NCBI GenBank assembly: GCA_002423545.1
Contig: DIWP01000001.1
Location: 25,171 to 89,170, forward strand
Length of the DNA: 64,000 nucleotides
Direction of reading: 5' to 3'
DNA from: Thermoleophilia bacterium UBA6103
GTDB taxonomy: Bacteria; Actinomycetota; Thermoleophilia; UBA2241
The position numbers were made by a program, and so were the translations under genes. Position 1 is the first letter of the stretch. Every line of letters begins with the position of its first letter. Under the pieces are notes generated by a model, which saw nothing but the letters and a program-made list of their open reading frames with translations, was not told the origin of the DNA and searched no databases. This document shows positions 8,453 through 19,125 of the stretch, one piece after another.

Positions 8453-9304
8453 TCAGTAGCGCGCAAGCTCACGCACATGCAGGTCATCGGGCACCGTCGT
8501 GCGTGGGAAAAGCGCTCTCGCCGACCTTCCCTGCTCGGCATAGTAGTCCTCATCGAAGAGCGGGTTGAGGTGCACCAGCAGCAGCTCCTCGACTCCGGCT
8601 CGCGCAGCCAGCTGCGCCGCCTGTCTGGCCGACGTGTGCGACGCATACGCATGGCGGACCATGTCTTCCCAGCCGGGCTCGCCCTCCTCCTTGCCGTCGA
8701 TCCAGGCCTCGTGGATCAGCACCTCGGCTCCCGCGGCAAAGGCTGCCGTCGCCTCGTCGTACACCGTGTCGGTGGCCAGCACGAAATGGTCGACGACCCT
8801 GTACGCGACGCTGACGTCGGCGTGAGACTGAGCCCGCACCATGACGCGAAGCCCGGCGATGTCGTTCTCACCGGCGCACACGGTGCTCAGGCTCACCCGC
8901 TTCTGACTGGCCCAAGCCTCGGGAAAGAACGGTGGCCGGATGAGGGACGGCACCCCGTCCGGCGGCTCGACACCGTTGACCGCGGCCTCCGGGACGTGGA
9001 CGGTGACACGAAGCCGGGGAAAGACCCCGGAGAGGTAGCTGAGGCCGACTGTATGGTCGAGGTGATAGTGCGTCAGCAGAAGATGCACCTCGTCGACGCC
9101 GTCGAGCAGGCTCGCGGCCGGTGGGCGCAGGAAGCGGCCGAGCCCGGTACCGGCGTCCAGCACCAGCAGCGTGGCGCCATCACGGTAGGCCAGACACGTG
9201 GTGGCTCGTCGTGGCGTGGGGATCCAACCCTGGGTGCCGAGGATCATGAGGAGGGGCCTGTCATCGCGCCCTTCGGGGTCGTACCGGTGGGTGTCGGATG
9301 CCAT
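8453..9304 (-). CDS. MBL-fold metallo-hydrolase
   Basis: HYHLDH (HxHxDH) motif, LLVLDAGTG. Start taken at MASDTHRYDPEG... Confidence 0.8.
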   Translation of the reverse strand: MASDTHRYDPEGRDDRPLLMILGTQGWIPTPRRATTCLAYRDGATLLVLDAGTGLGRFLRPPAASLLDGVDEVHLLLTHYHLDHTVGLSYLSGVFPRLRVTVHVPEAAVNGVEPPDGVPSLIRPPFFPEAWASQKRVSLSTVCAGENDIAGLRVMVRAQSHADVSVAYRVVDHFVLATDTVYDEATAAFAAGAEVLIHEAWIDGKEEGEPGWEDMVRHAYASHTSARQAAQLAARAGVEELLLVHLNPLFDEDYYAEQGRSARALFPRTTVPDDLHVRELARY

Positions 9305-9561
9305 GCTCCTCCCGTCCGTGGTCGAGGGTTGCTGCCACGCGGCCATCGCCGTCCGGCCTGCGGGCACCTGCATTCTAACGCCGGTCCGGGTCGCCCCGCC
9401 GGGCCGCCGAGGTACGCACTGCGGCGCGAGCCCTGTCCCATGCGCGGGATGCCCGCTCGCTCGTCTGCCGGTCGACGCGTGTGATATAGGTTGGAGCCAT
9501 CGTGCGCGGCTCCGGGTGTGGCGTGAGGGGCCTGTACGGCAAAGGGAGGTCGCCGGGCATC

Positions 9562-11826
9562 ATGTTCGCTGCGCTGGGCCGGTTCACATACCGCTGCCGC
9601 TGGTACATCATCGCCGTCTGGGTGGTGGTGCTGCCGTTCGGCATCTACGGCGCCACGCATGTGCAGAACGTGCTCCAGGGCGGCGGCTTCTCGATCGCCG
9701 GCTCGCCCTCGGACCTGGCTCTCAAGGAGGCCAACAAGCACCTCACGCTCGGCGAGTCGGCTCTCTACGTCGTGTTCGAGAGCGAGGACCTCGACGCCCG
9801 CGGCGACGAGTTCATCGAGCTGCAGAAGGAAGCGCTCTCGCGCTTCGTCCCGGGCGAGTTCCCCTATCTGCAACGGGTCGAGACCTTCGCCTCGGTGCGC
9901 GATCCCAACCTCGTCTCGCGCGATGGACGCGCCTCGGTGGCCATCCTGGCGTTCGACGAACCGTTCGACAAGGTGCAGGCCATGATGCCCCGCATCCGTT
10001 CCGCCGTGCGAGACTCCGGCCTGAAGCACTACATCACCGGGGAGCCGGCCGTCTTCGAGGAGATCGAGGCCGTCTCCACCGAAGATGCGGCCCGGGCCGA
10101 GTACTACACGTTGCCGGTGGCGCTGGTCGTGCTCGTCCTGGTGTTCGGCAGCCTGGTCGCGGCCGGTCTGCCGATCATCGGCGGCATCGTCGCGGTCAGC
10201 ACCACCCTCGGCTTCCTGTTCCTGTTCGCGCGCGCCGTCGACCTCTCGATCTACACGCTGAACGTGACGACCATGCTTGGTCTGGCGGTGGGCATCGACT
10301 ACTCGCTGCTCATGGTGGGACGCTTCCGCGAGCAGCTGCACGCCGGCGACAGCGTGGCCAGGGCGGTCGAGGTAACGGTCTCGCGGGCCGGCCAGTCGAT
10401 CTTCTACTCGGGCCTGGCGGTCATGGTCGGCCTCACCGGCCTCCTCATCTTCCAGTTCATGGCCCTGCGCTCGATGGGGCTGGGGGGCTGCTTCGTCGTG
10501 TTCTTCTCGATGGTCGTGGCGCTGACCCTGCTGCCGGCGCTGCTGGGCGTGCTCGGACCGCGTGTCGACCGGCTGCGGCTCTGGCGCTCGCGCGGCACGG
10601 AGGGGACGTTCTGGCTGCGCTGGTCGGCCTGGGTCATGCGCCATCCGGTCTGGATCATGGTGGCGGTGACGGCAGTCATCGTCACGCTGTCGATCCCGGC
10701 GTTCCGCATGGAGACCGGTGTCTCGACATCGGAGGTACTGCCACCGACCGCCGAGGCTCGTCAGGGAGACAGGATCCTCAACGAGCGCTTCAATCCTTCA
10801 CTGGCCACCGGCATCCTCGTCCTCGTCACCTGGGACGACGAGTCGTCGCCGTTCGCGCTCACCAACATCATCAAGCTCTGGAACTTCGGGCAGGAGCTGA
10901 AGCGTCAGCCCGGGGTCAGCGAGGTCTCGAGCGCCGTCACGCCACCCGATCTGAGCCGCTTCGGGTCGCCGGCCGAGTTCTTCGGCGCGCTCGCCGGCGA
11001 GGCGGCCGGATCCGGCGGTCTTGAAGACAGCCTGTCGGGTGACGCCTACCTTGAGATCAAGGCGATGATGAGCGCCACCGCCGGACCTGGAGCGCTGCTG
11101 TACGTGGTGGTACCGAAATGGAAGGACAACGCGCCGCAGTCCCGGGAGCTGGCGCTCAAGCTCGCCGGACTGGAGCCGCCGGCCGGTACGACGATCTGGG
11201 TCGCCGGTGTGGCGGCGGGCCTCAACGACTTCCTCGACGGGCTGTACGGGCGCTTTCCGTGGGTGGTCCTGTATGTGATCGTCGCCACTTCGCTGGTCTT
11301 CCTCGTCATGCTCCGCAGCCTGCTGCTGCCGCTCAAGGCCGTCGTGGTGAACGCGTTGTCGATCTTCGTGAGCTTCGGCGCCCTCGTCTTCGTGTTCCAG
11401 GAGGGGCACTTCTCCAGTGTCCTTGACTTCGAGGCGCCGGGCTGGGTGGAGGCCACCCTGCCGGTCATCCTCTTCTGCGTCCTGTTCGGCGTGTCGATGG
11501 ACTACGAGGTCTTCCTGCTGACCCGCATCCGCGAATACTGGCTCGAGACGCACGACAACGTGGAGAGCGTCGGCCTCGGTCTGGCCAAGACGGGGCGTAT
11601 CATCACCAGCGCGGCGATGATCATCGTGATCGTCGGGGGCGCCTTCGCCTTCACGAGCATCATCGTGACCAAGGCGCTGGGTCTGGGGCTCGCCATGGCT
11701 GTGGCGATCGATGCCACGATCATCCGCGTCCTCCTCGTGCCGGCCGCGATGCGTCTGTTCGGCGACTGGAACTGGTGGCTGCCGAAGTGGCTCGACAAGC
11801 TGCTCCCGCATGTGCAGACACGCTGA
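9562..11826 (+). CDS. MMPL-family (RND superfamily) membrane transporter
   Basis: Start MFAALGRFTYRCRWYIIAVWVVVLPFG with AAAGGGAGG RBS about 12 nt upstream. Two 6-TM bundles with periplasmic domains; MmpL-like motifs (GIDYSLLMVGRFREQL, GVSMDYEVFLLTRIREY). Confidence 0.85.
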   Translation: MFAALGRFTYRCRWYIIAVWVVVLPFGIYGATHVQNVLQGGGFSIAGSPSDLALKEANKHLTLGESALYVVFESEDLDARGDEFIELQKEALSRFVPGEFPYLQRVETFASVRDPNLVSRDGRASVAILAFDEPFDKVQAMMPRIRSAVRDSGLKHYITGEPAVFEEIEAVSTEDAARAEYYTLPVALVVLVLVFGSLVAAGLPIIGGIVAVSTTLGFLFLFARAVDLSIYTLNVTTMLGLAVGIDYSLLMVGRFREQLHAGDSVARAVEVTVSRAGQSIFYSGLAVMVGLTGLLIFQFMALRSMGLGGCFVVFFSMVVALTLLPALLGVLGPRVDRLRLWRSRGTEGTFWLRWSAWVMRHPVWIMVAVTAVIVTLSIPAFRMETGVSTSEVLPPTAEARQGDRILNERFNPSLATGILVLVTWDDESSPFALTNIIKLWNFGQELKRQPGVSEVSSAVTPPDLSRFGSPAEFFGALAGEAAGSGGLEDSLSGDAYLEIKAMMSATAGPGALLYVVVPKWKDNAPQSRELALKLAGLEPPAGTTIWVAGVAAGLNDFLDGLYGRFPWVVLYVIVATSLVFLVMLRSLLLPLKAVVVNALSIFVSFGALVFVFQEGHFSSVLDFEAPGWVEATLPVILFCVLFGVSMDYEVFLLTRIREYWLETHDNVESVGLGLAKTGRIITSAAMIIVIVGGAFAFTSIIVTKALGLGLAMAVAIDATIIRVLLVPAAMRLFGDWNWWLPKWLDKLLPHVQTR

Positions 11827-11864
11827 GCCGGGACTCGGGGAAGGCACCGCATGGGCAGAGCGGC

Positions 11865-12416
11865 ATGACTGAGCAGGGCAAAGGAAGCCCGACGTCGCAG
11901 AAGCGCACGGCCGGCAAGGGACTCGGCGGCATCCTCGGCACCCGCTTCGGTGAGTTGCCGGGTGGTCCCATCCGGCCCCGAAGTCGGCGCCGGCCGATCG
12001 GACGGACGCTCCTGCTGACGGTGGCCGCGCTGCCCCTGGGGGTCGGCGCCGTCGCCTGCGTCGCTCTGGTGGTGCAGACGGTCAAGGAGCTGCGCGGGCC
12101 GGCCAGCGCCACCGGCAGCGCCGACTGGGTCCTCATCCTGGCGGCGGCCTTCTTCGCGGTCATGGTGGCAGCGCTGGTCGTCGCCGCGGTGATGGTCCTG
12201 CGGTCGCGACCGACCTGGTGGCCGGCCTGGGCGGCCACGCTCGTCATCGGCCTCGGCGGCACGGTGCTCGGCGCGCAACAGCTGGCGGCGGCCGACTGGC
12301 GTGCCTTCTCGGCCGCCGGTAGCGGCGCCGCCATCTTCCTCGTCCTCTCCGTCTACCTCTCGGGCGTCAGCGCCGCCGGCGTCTGGCTCAAGGCCCGGCG
12401 CGAGCTGTTCGACTGA
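11865..12416 (+). CDS. hypothetical membrane protein
   Basis: ORF starting MTEQGKGSPTSQKR... with 4 predicted TM helices. Downstream of the MMPL gene. Confidence 0.45.
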   Translation: MTEQGKGSPTSQKRTAGKGLGGILGTRFGELPGGPIRPRSRRRPIGRTLLLTVAALPLGVGAVACVALVVQTVKELRGPASATGSADWVLILAAAFFAVMVAALVVAAVMVLRSRPTWWPAWAATLVIGLGGTVLGAQQLAAADWRAFSAAGSGAAIFLVLSVYLSGVSAAGVWLKARRELFD

Positions 12417-12523
12417 CCGGCGGCCGGGCGAGCCGCCTGCCTGCAGCTGGACGGGGCGGACCGCCGGCCGCGGCTCTACAGAGGGCAGGTGGGCGGCGGC
12501 GCAGGGCGAAGAATCGGCACAGC

Positions 12524-13711
12524 ATGCGCATGCTCCTCGCTTGGATGAAGGCCCGCGCCGTCCAGAACGGACGCATCGCCGTGCAGGCAGGGCGCCGGAT
12601 GTGGGATACCGGCGGGACCAACCTGGCGGCGACGCTTGCGTTCTACGCCATGCTCTCGGTCTATCCGCTCCTGCTTCTGGTGATCGCCCTGATCAGCAGG
12701 CTGGCCGACTTCCCGGCCTCGGTCGAAGAGTTCCTCACGACGCTGGAGGAGTTCGCGCCCGACTACGTGGTCGAGACCGTGCGCGGTCCGCTGGAGAGCG
12801 TCGTGAGCAGTCGTGGCGGCTCCTCGCTCATCTTCGGCATCGGCATCGTCCTCGTGATCTGGTCCGCCTCCGGGTATGTGGGCGCCTTCGGCTGGGCCGC
12901 AAACCAGGTCCGCCGGGTGCAGGAGCGGCGCCGGTACTTTCCTCGTCTGCTGCTGAGGATGGGTGTGGCTCTCCTGGTCGCGATCGTGCTTGTACTCGCC
13001 CTGGCGACCGTGGGTCTCACCGAGAACGCGGCAGCGTGGGTCGGCCGGCAGATCGCGGCGCTCGGGGGTACGCTCGACGTCTGGTCCACGATCCGCTGGC
13101 CGTTGTTCGCGATCGGCGCGGCGCTGCTCCTGTCCATCCTTTTCGGCGCTGGACCCTATTGGGACAGGCTCACGTTCAGGCGAGTCGTGCCGGGGATCGT
13201 GCTGAGCGTGGCGCTGTGGGGACTCGCATCCTGGGGTTTCGGCGTCTATCTGGATTCGATCAGCCAGTACGGCCGCATCTATGGTTCGCTGGCCGCGGTC
13301 ATCGTCTTCCTGATGTGGCTCTGGCTCTTCAATTTGGCGCTGCTCTATGGGGTGGCCGTGAACGCCGAGCTGCAGGAAGCGCGACAAGAGAGACGGACGA
13401 GCGCGTCCGGTGGGATCGCGGAGCGGGCCGGCGGTCCCGACGCGGCGGCGGTGCAGGCGGCGGAGGAGGATGCCGACGCGGCAGCGCCGGAGCGCGTCGT
13501 GGACCTCCCTCGTCGATCGCCCGGCGACGCAGCCGAGTGGGCCGGGCCCGCCGGCTCGGACGGCCCCGCAGCAAGGACGGAGCCCGGGATGGATCTCGCC
13601 GAGGCCGCCGAGCTGGAGGGACCGGCCGCAGCCGGCGAGGATGAGGGCCTCGGCGATACTGCCCCGGCGCGGGACCAGGATCGGCCTCTCGCTTCGGACA
13701 GCGTAGACTGA
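12524..13711 (+). CDS. YihY/BrkB (virulence factor BrkB / RNase BN-like) family membrane protein
   Basis: LAFYAMLSVYPLLLLVIAL, IWSASGYVGAF, LLYGVAVNAEL motifs. Alanine/acidic low-complexity C-terminal tail. Confidence 0.8.
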   Translation: MRMLLAWMKARAVQNGRIAVQAGRRMWDTGGTNLAATLAFYAMLSVYPLLLLVIALISRLADFPASVEEFLTTLEEFAPDYVVETVRGPLESVVSSRGGSSLIFGIGIVLVIWSASGYVGAFGWAANQVRRVQERRRYFPRLLLRMGVALLVAIVLVLALATVGLTENAAAWVGRQIAALGGTLDVWSTIRWPLFAIGAALLLSILFGAGPYWDRLTFRRVVPGIVLSVALWGLASWGFGVYLDSISQYGRIYGSLAAVIVFLMWLWLFNLALLYGVAVNAELQEARQERRTSASGGIAERAGGPDAAAVQAAEEDADAAAPERVVDLPRRSPGDAAEWAGPAGSDGPAARTEPGMDLAEAAELEGPAAAGEDEGLGDTAPARDQDRPLASDSVD

Positions 13712-13908
13712 CACCTCTCTCTCCGTCATCTCGTCGGCCGACGCCGCGCCGGCCGCTTCAGACGATCCCGGAGAACCCGCACCGAGGTACGCATGTCTTC
13801 GCGAGCACGCCACCCGCAGAAACGCCGTCCGGGAGCACACCTCTCGGCACAGCGGTCTGCCATGAGCGTGGCGTCTGCCACACCGCTTCGTCCGGCGGGT
13901 GAGCGGCA

Positions 13909-15162
13909 GTGAGCTGGTCGCAGGCTTCGCTGGCGCCGCTGCACGAACGACAGTTCCGCCTGCTCTTCCTTGGGCAGGCGATCTCGGTAGTCGGCACGTT
14001 GCTGAGCGTGGTCGCCCTGCCGTTCGCGGTACTTTCGATCGGTGGCTCGGCGACCGATATCGGGATCGTCGAAGCCGCCTATCTCGTTCCCCTCGCGGCC
14101 ATGCTGCTTTTCGGCGGCGTCTGGGCCGACCGTCTGCCCCGCAGGCTGGTCATGCTGGTCGCCGACCTGGTGCGTGCGGCGGCGCAGGTGGGCGTAGCGA
14201 CGCTGCTGCTGACCGGTCAGGCCCGCATCTGGCACCTGGTCCTGCTGCAGGTGGCGATGGGGGCCGGCGAGGCGTTCTTCCGACCGGCCTACTTCGGCCT
14301 GCTGCCGCAGATCGTCCCTGCGCACCACCTGCAGCAGGCGAACGCTCTCAACGGACTGGTCGCGAGCGGCTCGATCACCGTCGGCTCCATCGGTGGCGGG
14401 CTTCTAGTGGCGGCAGTGGGGCCGGGCTGGGCGATCGGCATCGACGCCATCACGTATCTCGCCAGCGCTGTGTTCCTGGGGCTCATGCAGCCGCTGGCGC
14501 GGGTGCAGAGGACCGCCGGGCAGCGCCTGATCGCCGACCTGCGGGCGGGCTGGACCGAGTTCCGCAGTCACCGCTGGCTCTGGGTCATGGTCGTGGGCGC
14601 CGCCGCCTTCCTTTTCGCGACGCAGGCGCCGTACTCGGTCCTCGGCCCGGTCGTGACGCAGGAGTTCTACGAAGGAGCCCGCACCTGGGGCTTCATGGCG
14701 GCCGCCCTCGGTGTGGGCCAGATCGCTGGGGGTCTGCTGGCCCTGCGCTGGCGGCCGCGCAGGCCACTGCTCGTAGTGGCAGCCGGTCTCTCGCTGAGCG
14801 CTCTTCCACCGGCGCTTCTTGCCGTGCATGCTCCGACGCCGGCGTTGCTGGCAGCGGCGGTCATCCTGGGTGTGGAGTGGGGTCTCTACCACCCCTTCTG
14901 GATGACCGCGCTGCAGCAGCGTATCGCTCCGGAGATGCTCAGTCGCGTGTCCTCCTACGACTACCTCGGGTCGCTGGCCATCTTCCCCCTCGGTCTGGCG
15001 GTGGCGGGGCCCCTCGGCGACGGCTTCGGCGTCTCGGCGACGCTGGTGGCGGCGGCCGTCGCGGCGGTCGTGATCAGCGGCGTCCTGGTGAGTACGCGGG
15101 GCGTCCGCGAGCTGCGCCGCATCGACGATGGCTGCGAGGCGGTCCCGCAAGCCGAGGGATGA
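13909..15162 (+). CDS. MFS transporter (EntS/enterobactin-exporter-like family)
   Basis: GTG start. 12-TM MFS architecture; N-terminus LHERQFRLLFLGQAISVVG and GVWADRLPRR motif. Paralog of 52531-53865. Confidence 0.8.
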   Translation: MSWSQASLAPLHERQFRLLFLGQAISVVGTLLSVVALPFAVLSIGGSATDIGIVEAAYLVPLAAMLLFGGVWADRLPRRLVMLVADLVRAAAQVGVATLLLTGQARIWHLVLLQVAMGAGEAFFRPAYFGLLPQIVPAHHLQQANALNGLVASGSITVGSIGGGLLVAAVGPGWAIGIDAITYLASAVFLGLMQPLARVQRTAGQRLIADLRAGWTEFRSHRWLWVMVVGAAAFLFATQAPYSVLGPVVTQEFYEGARTWGFMAAALGVGQIAGGLLALRWRPRRPLLVVAAGLSLSALPPALLAVHAPTPALLAAAVILGVEWGLYHPFWMTALQQRIAPEMLSRVSSYDYLGSLAIFPLGLAVAGPLGDGFGVSATLVAAAVAAVVISGVLVSTRGVRELRRIDDGCEAVPQAEG

Positions 15163-15223
15163 GGGCGGCCGGGAGGCGTACAGATCCCGGCGGGTCGCTC
15201 GGGCCGACGCGCCAACGAGAGGC

Positions 15224-17050
15224 TCACAGCGCCTGTCCGGTCCGCTCCCAGTCGGTGTAGAGGCGACGGTAGCGGCCGCCGGCTGCGAGCAGCTCGTCGT
15301 GGGTGCCCTGCTCGACGATGCGGCCGCCGTCGACCACGAAGATGACGTCGGCGTAGCGCACGGTGCTGAGGCGGTGCGCCACGACCACCGACGTGCGGCC
15401 GGTGAACAGGACTCTCATCGCCTGCTCGATGCGCCGCTCGCTCTCGGCATCGACGCTGCTGGTGGCCTCATCGAGGATGAGGATGCGCGGGTCGGCCAGC
15501 AGGGCGCGGGCGAACGAGACAAGCTGTCGCTGCCCGGTCGACAGGCCCGATCCGCCCTCCTTGACGTCCGTGTCGTAGCCCTCCGGCGACTCCTCGATGA
15601 AGGTGTGAGCGCCGACGATGCGGGCGACGCGGTGCACCTCTTCAGTCGTCGCCTCAGGTCTGGCGAAACGGATGTTGTCCATGATGGAGCCGGTGAACAG
15701 GAACGCCTCCTGCGGGACGACCGCGAGCTGCTCGCGCAGCGATGCGGTGGTCACCGTCCGCAGATCGTGACCATCGATCGTCACGGCACCGGCATCGGGA
15801 TCGTAGAAGCGCGCCAGTAGCTTGATGAGGGTCGACTTGCCGGCTCCAGTAGGGCCTACGATCGCCACGGTGGCGCCGGCCGGCACGACGAAGTCGACGT
15901 CGTGGATCACGTCGGTCTGTTTGTCGTAGGAGAACGTCAGATGGTGGAAGCCCACCTCGCCGCGCACGTCGGTGAGCGGCACGGCCCCCGGTGCGTCCAT
16001 GAGATCGGGCTCGGTGTCGAGCACCGTGAAGACCTTCCTGACCGCCGCCATCGAGGCCTGGAACGTGTTGTAGAGCTGGCTGAGCTGCTGCACGGGGTCG
16101 AAGAACATGCTCAGATAGCCGATGAACGCCACCAGCACGCCGACCTGCAGGCGCTGGCCGGTGACGAGCCAGCCGCCGAACCACAGGACGATCACCAAAG
16201 CGATGGCCGACAGCAGCTCCACGAGTGGGAAGTAGATGCCGCTCTGGACCACCGTCTCCATGTTGGCATCGCGATACTCCGCGTTGAGCTCGTGGAGCTC
16301 GGCGACGTCGGCGTCTTCGCGCCGGAAGGCCTGCACGGTGCGGACGCCGGAGATCGACTCCTGGAGATGGGCGCTCACATCGGCGATGCGCTCACGCACC
16401 TTGGCGTAGCTGCGCGCCGAGTGGGTGCGGAAGACCAGGGTGGCGATCAGCAGGAACGGCATCACCGTCAGGGTCGCCAGAGCCAGTCGCCAGTCGAGGA
16501 CGAAGAGCAGCACGGTGGCGCCTATGAGCGTCAGGCCGTTGGTGACGAGCGAGGCGACGCCGTCGGTCACGAGCTGGTCGAGAGCGTCGATGTCGTTGGT
16601 CAGCCGGCTCACGATCCAGCCGGTCTTCTGGCGGCTGAAGAAGTCGAGCGTGAGCTTCTGGATGTGGGCGAACAGGGTGCGACGCAGATCGAAGATGGTG
16701 CGCTGGCCCACCAGGCTGACCAGGTACGTCTGTACGTAGCTGGCGCCCAGGTTGACGGCGGCGACCGCCACGAAGGCGACGATGACCCATGTGAGCACGT
16801 CGAGGTCGCCCGCGTCGATACCCTGGTCGATGGCGATCTTGACCAGGTACGGCACGGTGAGACTGCTGCCCGTATAGATGAGCATGGCGACCACGGCGAG
16901 GGCGGCGCGCCGCTTGTAGGGCATCATGAACTGCGCCAGCCGCGCGAGCTGCAGCTCGCTGGCCAGGTGCAGCAGAGCGCCCCAGCCGCGCAGCTCCTCC
17001 AGCTCGGCGCCACCGCCGTGCGGGCCCGAGTGCCTAGACGTCCACGACAT
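15224..17050 (-). CDS. ABC exporter, fused permease-ATPase (MsbA/MdlB type), half 2 of heterodimer
   Basis: 6-TM domain followed by an NBD: Walker A GPTGAGKST, signature LSTGQRQLVSFARAL, Walker B ILILDEATSSVD. ATG at 17050 overlaps the upstream partner by 17 nt; alternative start MMPYKRR at 16927. Confidence 0.85.
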   Translation of the reverse strand: MSWTSRHSGPHGGGAELEELRGWGALLHLASELQLARLAQFMMPYKRRAALAVVAMLIYTGSSLTVPYLVKIAIDQGIDAGDLDVLTWVIVAFVAVAAVNLGASYVQTYLVSLVGQRTIFDLRRTLFAHIQKLTLDFFSRQKTGWIVSRLTNDIDALDQLVTDGVASLVTNGLTLIGATVLLFVLDWRLALATLTVMPFLLIATLVFRTHSARSYAKVRERIADVSAHLQESISGVRTVQAFRREDADVAELHELNAEYRDANMETVVQSGIYFPLVELLSAIALVIVLWFGGWLVTGQRLQVGVLVAFIGYLSMFFDPVQQLSQLYNTFQASMAAVRKVFTVLDTEPDLMDAPGAVPLTDVRGEVGFHHLTFSYDKQTDVIHDVDFVVPAGATVAIVGPTGAGKSTLIKLLARFYDPDAGAVTIDGHDLRTVTTASLREQLAVVPQEAFLFTGSIMDNIRFARPEATTEEVHRVARIVGAHTFIEESPEGYDTDVKEGGSGLSTGQRQLVSFARALLADPRILILDEATSSVDAESERRIEQAMRVLFTGRTSVVVAHRLSTVRYADVIFVVDGGRIVEQGTHDELLAAGGRYRRLYTDWERTGQAL

Positions 17051-18902
17051 CCATGGTCCTTCCCTCGCGCTCGGCGCGACCGAACATGCCGGCGTAGTGA
17101 CCGCCGGCCGCCAGAAGCTCGTCGTGGGTGCCCTGCTCGACGATGCGGCCGTGGTCCAGGACGACCACGTGCTGCGCCAGGGCGATAGTCGACGGGCGGT
17201 GCGCGATGATGAACGTGGTCCGCTCGCTCATCACGTCGAGCAGGGCGCTGCGGATGCGCAGCTCTGTCTCGACGTCGACGCTCGACATGGCGTCGTCGAG
17301 GATGAGGATGCGCGGGTCCATGATGAGGGCGCGAGCTATGGCCAGACGCTGCCGCTGGCCGCCGGAGAGGCTCAGTCCGCGCTCTCCCACGACCGTCTCA
17401 TAGCCGTCCGGAAGCGCCGCGATGAAGTCGGTGGCCTGCGCCCGCTTCGCCGCCGCCTTTACTTCGGCATCGGTCGCGTCCGGCCGGCCGAAGCGGATGT
17501 TCCGGGCGACCGTGGCACTGAACAGGAAGGGGTCCTGGGTCACGACGCCGATGCGCGACCGCAGGCTCTGCAGGCGCAGATCCCGCACATCGACGTCGTC
17601 TATCAGGACCCGCCCGGCGGTCGCGTCGTAGAAGCGCGGCACGAGATTGGCGAGGGTCGTCTTGCCGCAGCCGGTGTGACCTACAAGGGCGACCGCCGAG
17701 CCGGCCGGCACCTCAAGCTCGACATCTGTGAGCACATCGTGGTCGTCGTAGGCGAAGCCGACTCGCTCGAATCGGACGGTGGCGCCCTTCACTTCCCCGT
17801 CGGGGCACTCGTAGGCGACGAGCGGATCCCTCTTCGTTCGGTCCGGAACGGCGGTGCCGGCGGCCTGAGCGCTGGTGGCGTCTGTCCCGGTGACCGGCGT
17901 GGCGGGTCGGCAGGCCGGCAGCTCGCGGGCAGCCGGGCTGTCTGTCATGGCGATGGGAGTGTCGAGGATCTCGTACACGCGCTTGGCCGAGGCGATGGCC
18001 CGTTGTGCCAGGCCGGTGAGCCAGCCGATGACCTGGGCCGGGAAGATCAGGAGCATGAGGTAGCTGTAGAAGGCGACCAGGGCTCCAAGCGTCAGGTCGC
18101 CGTCGATGACCTGGCGCCCGCCGAAATACAGCAGCACCGCGACCGCCACGTTCGGCAGGAAGGTGATGAGCGGGATGTAGACCGCGCGCAGGCGCGCTGC
18201 CGCCAGGCTGGCCTCGAACACGGCCATGCTGCGGGAGCTGAACTTGGCCAGCTCCTCCTCCTCACGAGCGAAGATGCGCACCACGCGGCTGCCGACGACG
18301 TTCTCCTCGGCCGCTGCCGTCACGTCTGCGATCCTCTGCTGGACGTCGCGGAGCACCGGCTGCAGCCGCCTGCCGAAGCGGGTGGTGGCGATCACCAGGA
18401 AGGGCAGGAACGAGAGCGAGACCAGCGCGAGCTGCCAGTCGATGACAAACAGCAGCACCGCTACGGCGACCATGGTGAGCAGGTTGGCGGTGAAGAAGAT
18501 GAGGCCGTAACCGAGGAACATCCGCACGCTCTGGATGTCGCTCATGGCGCGCGACATCAGCTGGCCGGTGGCCCAGCGGTCGAAATACGCGTAGGGCTGC
18601 CGGATCAGATGACGCCAGAAGCGGTCGCGGAGGTCGTACTCGATGCCCAGGCTCACCTTGCCGGTGACGAGCCGTCTGGCGATCGCCACGACCAGCCGCA
18701 CGGCGCCGATGCCGAGCAGGGCCACTCCGTAGACGTACAGCAGGCGCGTCTCGTCGCCCATCAGGGCATCGTCGATGATCTGCTGCGTGATCCTCGGTAC
18801 GGTGAGGCTGAGCCCCATCTGGATGAGGGCGAAGGCGAAGCCGGCGGCGATGAGCAGGCCGTAGCCGCGTGTGAGCGTGAGTATGCGCCAGAGGGTCTTC
18901 AC
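17034..18902 (-). CDS. ABC exporter, fused permease-ATPase, half 1 of heterodimer
   Basis: GTG start giving MKTLWRILTLTRGYGLL..., with GGAGGT upstream. NBD with GHTGCGKTT, LSGGQRQRLAIARAL, ILILDDAMSSVD. The long N-terminal extension in the ORF track is a probable artefact. Confidence 0.8.
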   Translation of the reverse strand: MKTLWRILTLTRGYGLLIAAGFAFALIQMGLSLTVPRITQQIIDDALMGDETRLLYVYGVALLGIGAVRLVVAIARRLVTGKVSLGIEYDLRDRFWRHLIRQPYAYFDRWATGQLMSRAMSDIQSVRMFLGYGLIFFTANLLTMVAVAVLLFVIDWQLALVSLSFLPFLVIATTRFGRRLQPVLRDVQQRIADVTAAAEENVVGSRVVRIFAREEEELAKFSSRSMAVFEASLAAARLRAVYIPLITFLPNVAVAVLLYFGGRQVIDGDLTLGALVAFYSYLMLLIFPAQVIGWLTGLAQRAIASAKRVYEILDTPIAMTDSPAARELPACRPATPVTGTDATSAQAAGTAVPDRTKRDPLVAYECPDGEVKGATVRFERVGFAYDDHDVLTDVELEVPAGSAVALVGHTGCGKTTLANLVPRFYDATAGRVLIDDVDVRDLRLQSLRSRIGVVTQDPFLFSATVARNIRFGRPDATDAEVKAAAKRAQATDFIAALPDGYETVVGERGLSLSGGQRQRLAIARALIMDPRILILDDAMSSVDVETELRIRSALLDVMSERTTFIIAHRPSTIALAQHVVVLDHGRIVEQGTHDELLAAGGHYAGMFGRAEREGRTMDVVDV

Positions 18903-19125
18903 GACACCTGAGGATACCTCCGGCGCGGGAGCGCGGTCGCCCCGCCGACGTGATGGAAGGGGCCTGCCGCGGGCTTCCTGCGACGCCGCCCGCCGACGCG
19001 CCGCTGCCAAACGGAGTAGAGTGCCCGTCACATGCCTGCGGATCGCGCCGGCTGCATTGTCGGGGCGGATCCTGCCCTGCAGCCCGGCACCTGTCTCTGT
19101 GCGGCATGCAACCTTTTGTGACCTG

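Noticed and set aside
9305-9561. Divergent intergenic region between the MBL hydrolase and MMPL genes as a regulator binding site
   Set aside because: There are only weak -10-like (GATATA) matches and no clear palindrome; the evidence is insufficient.
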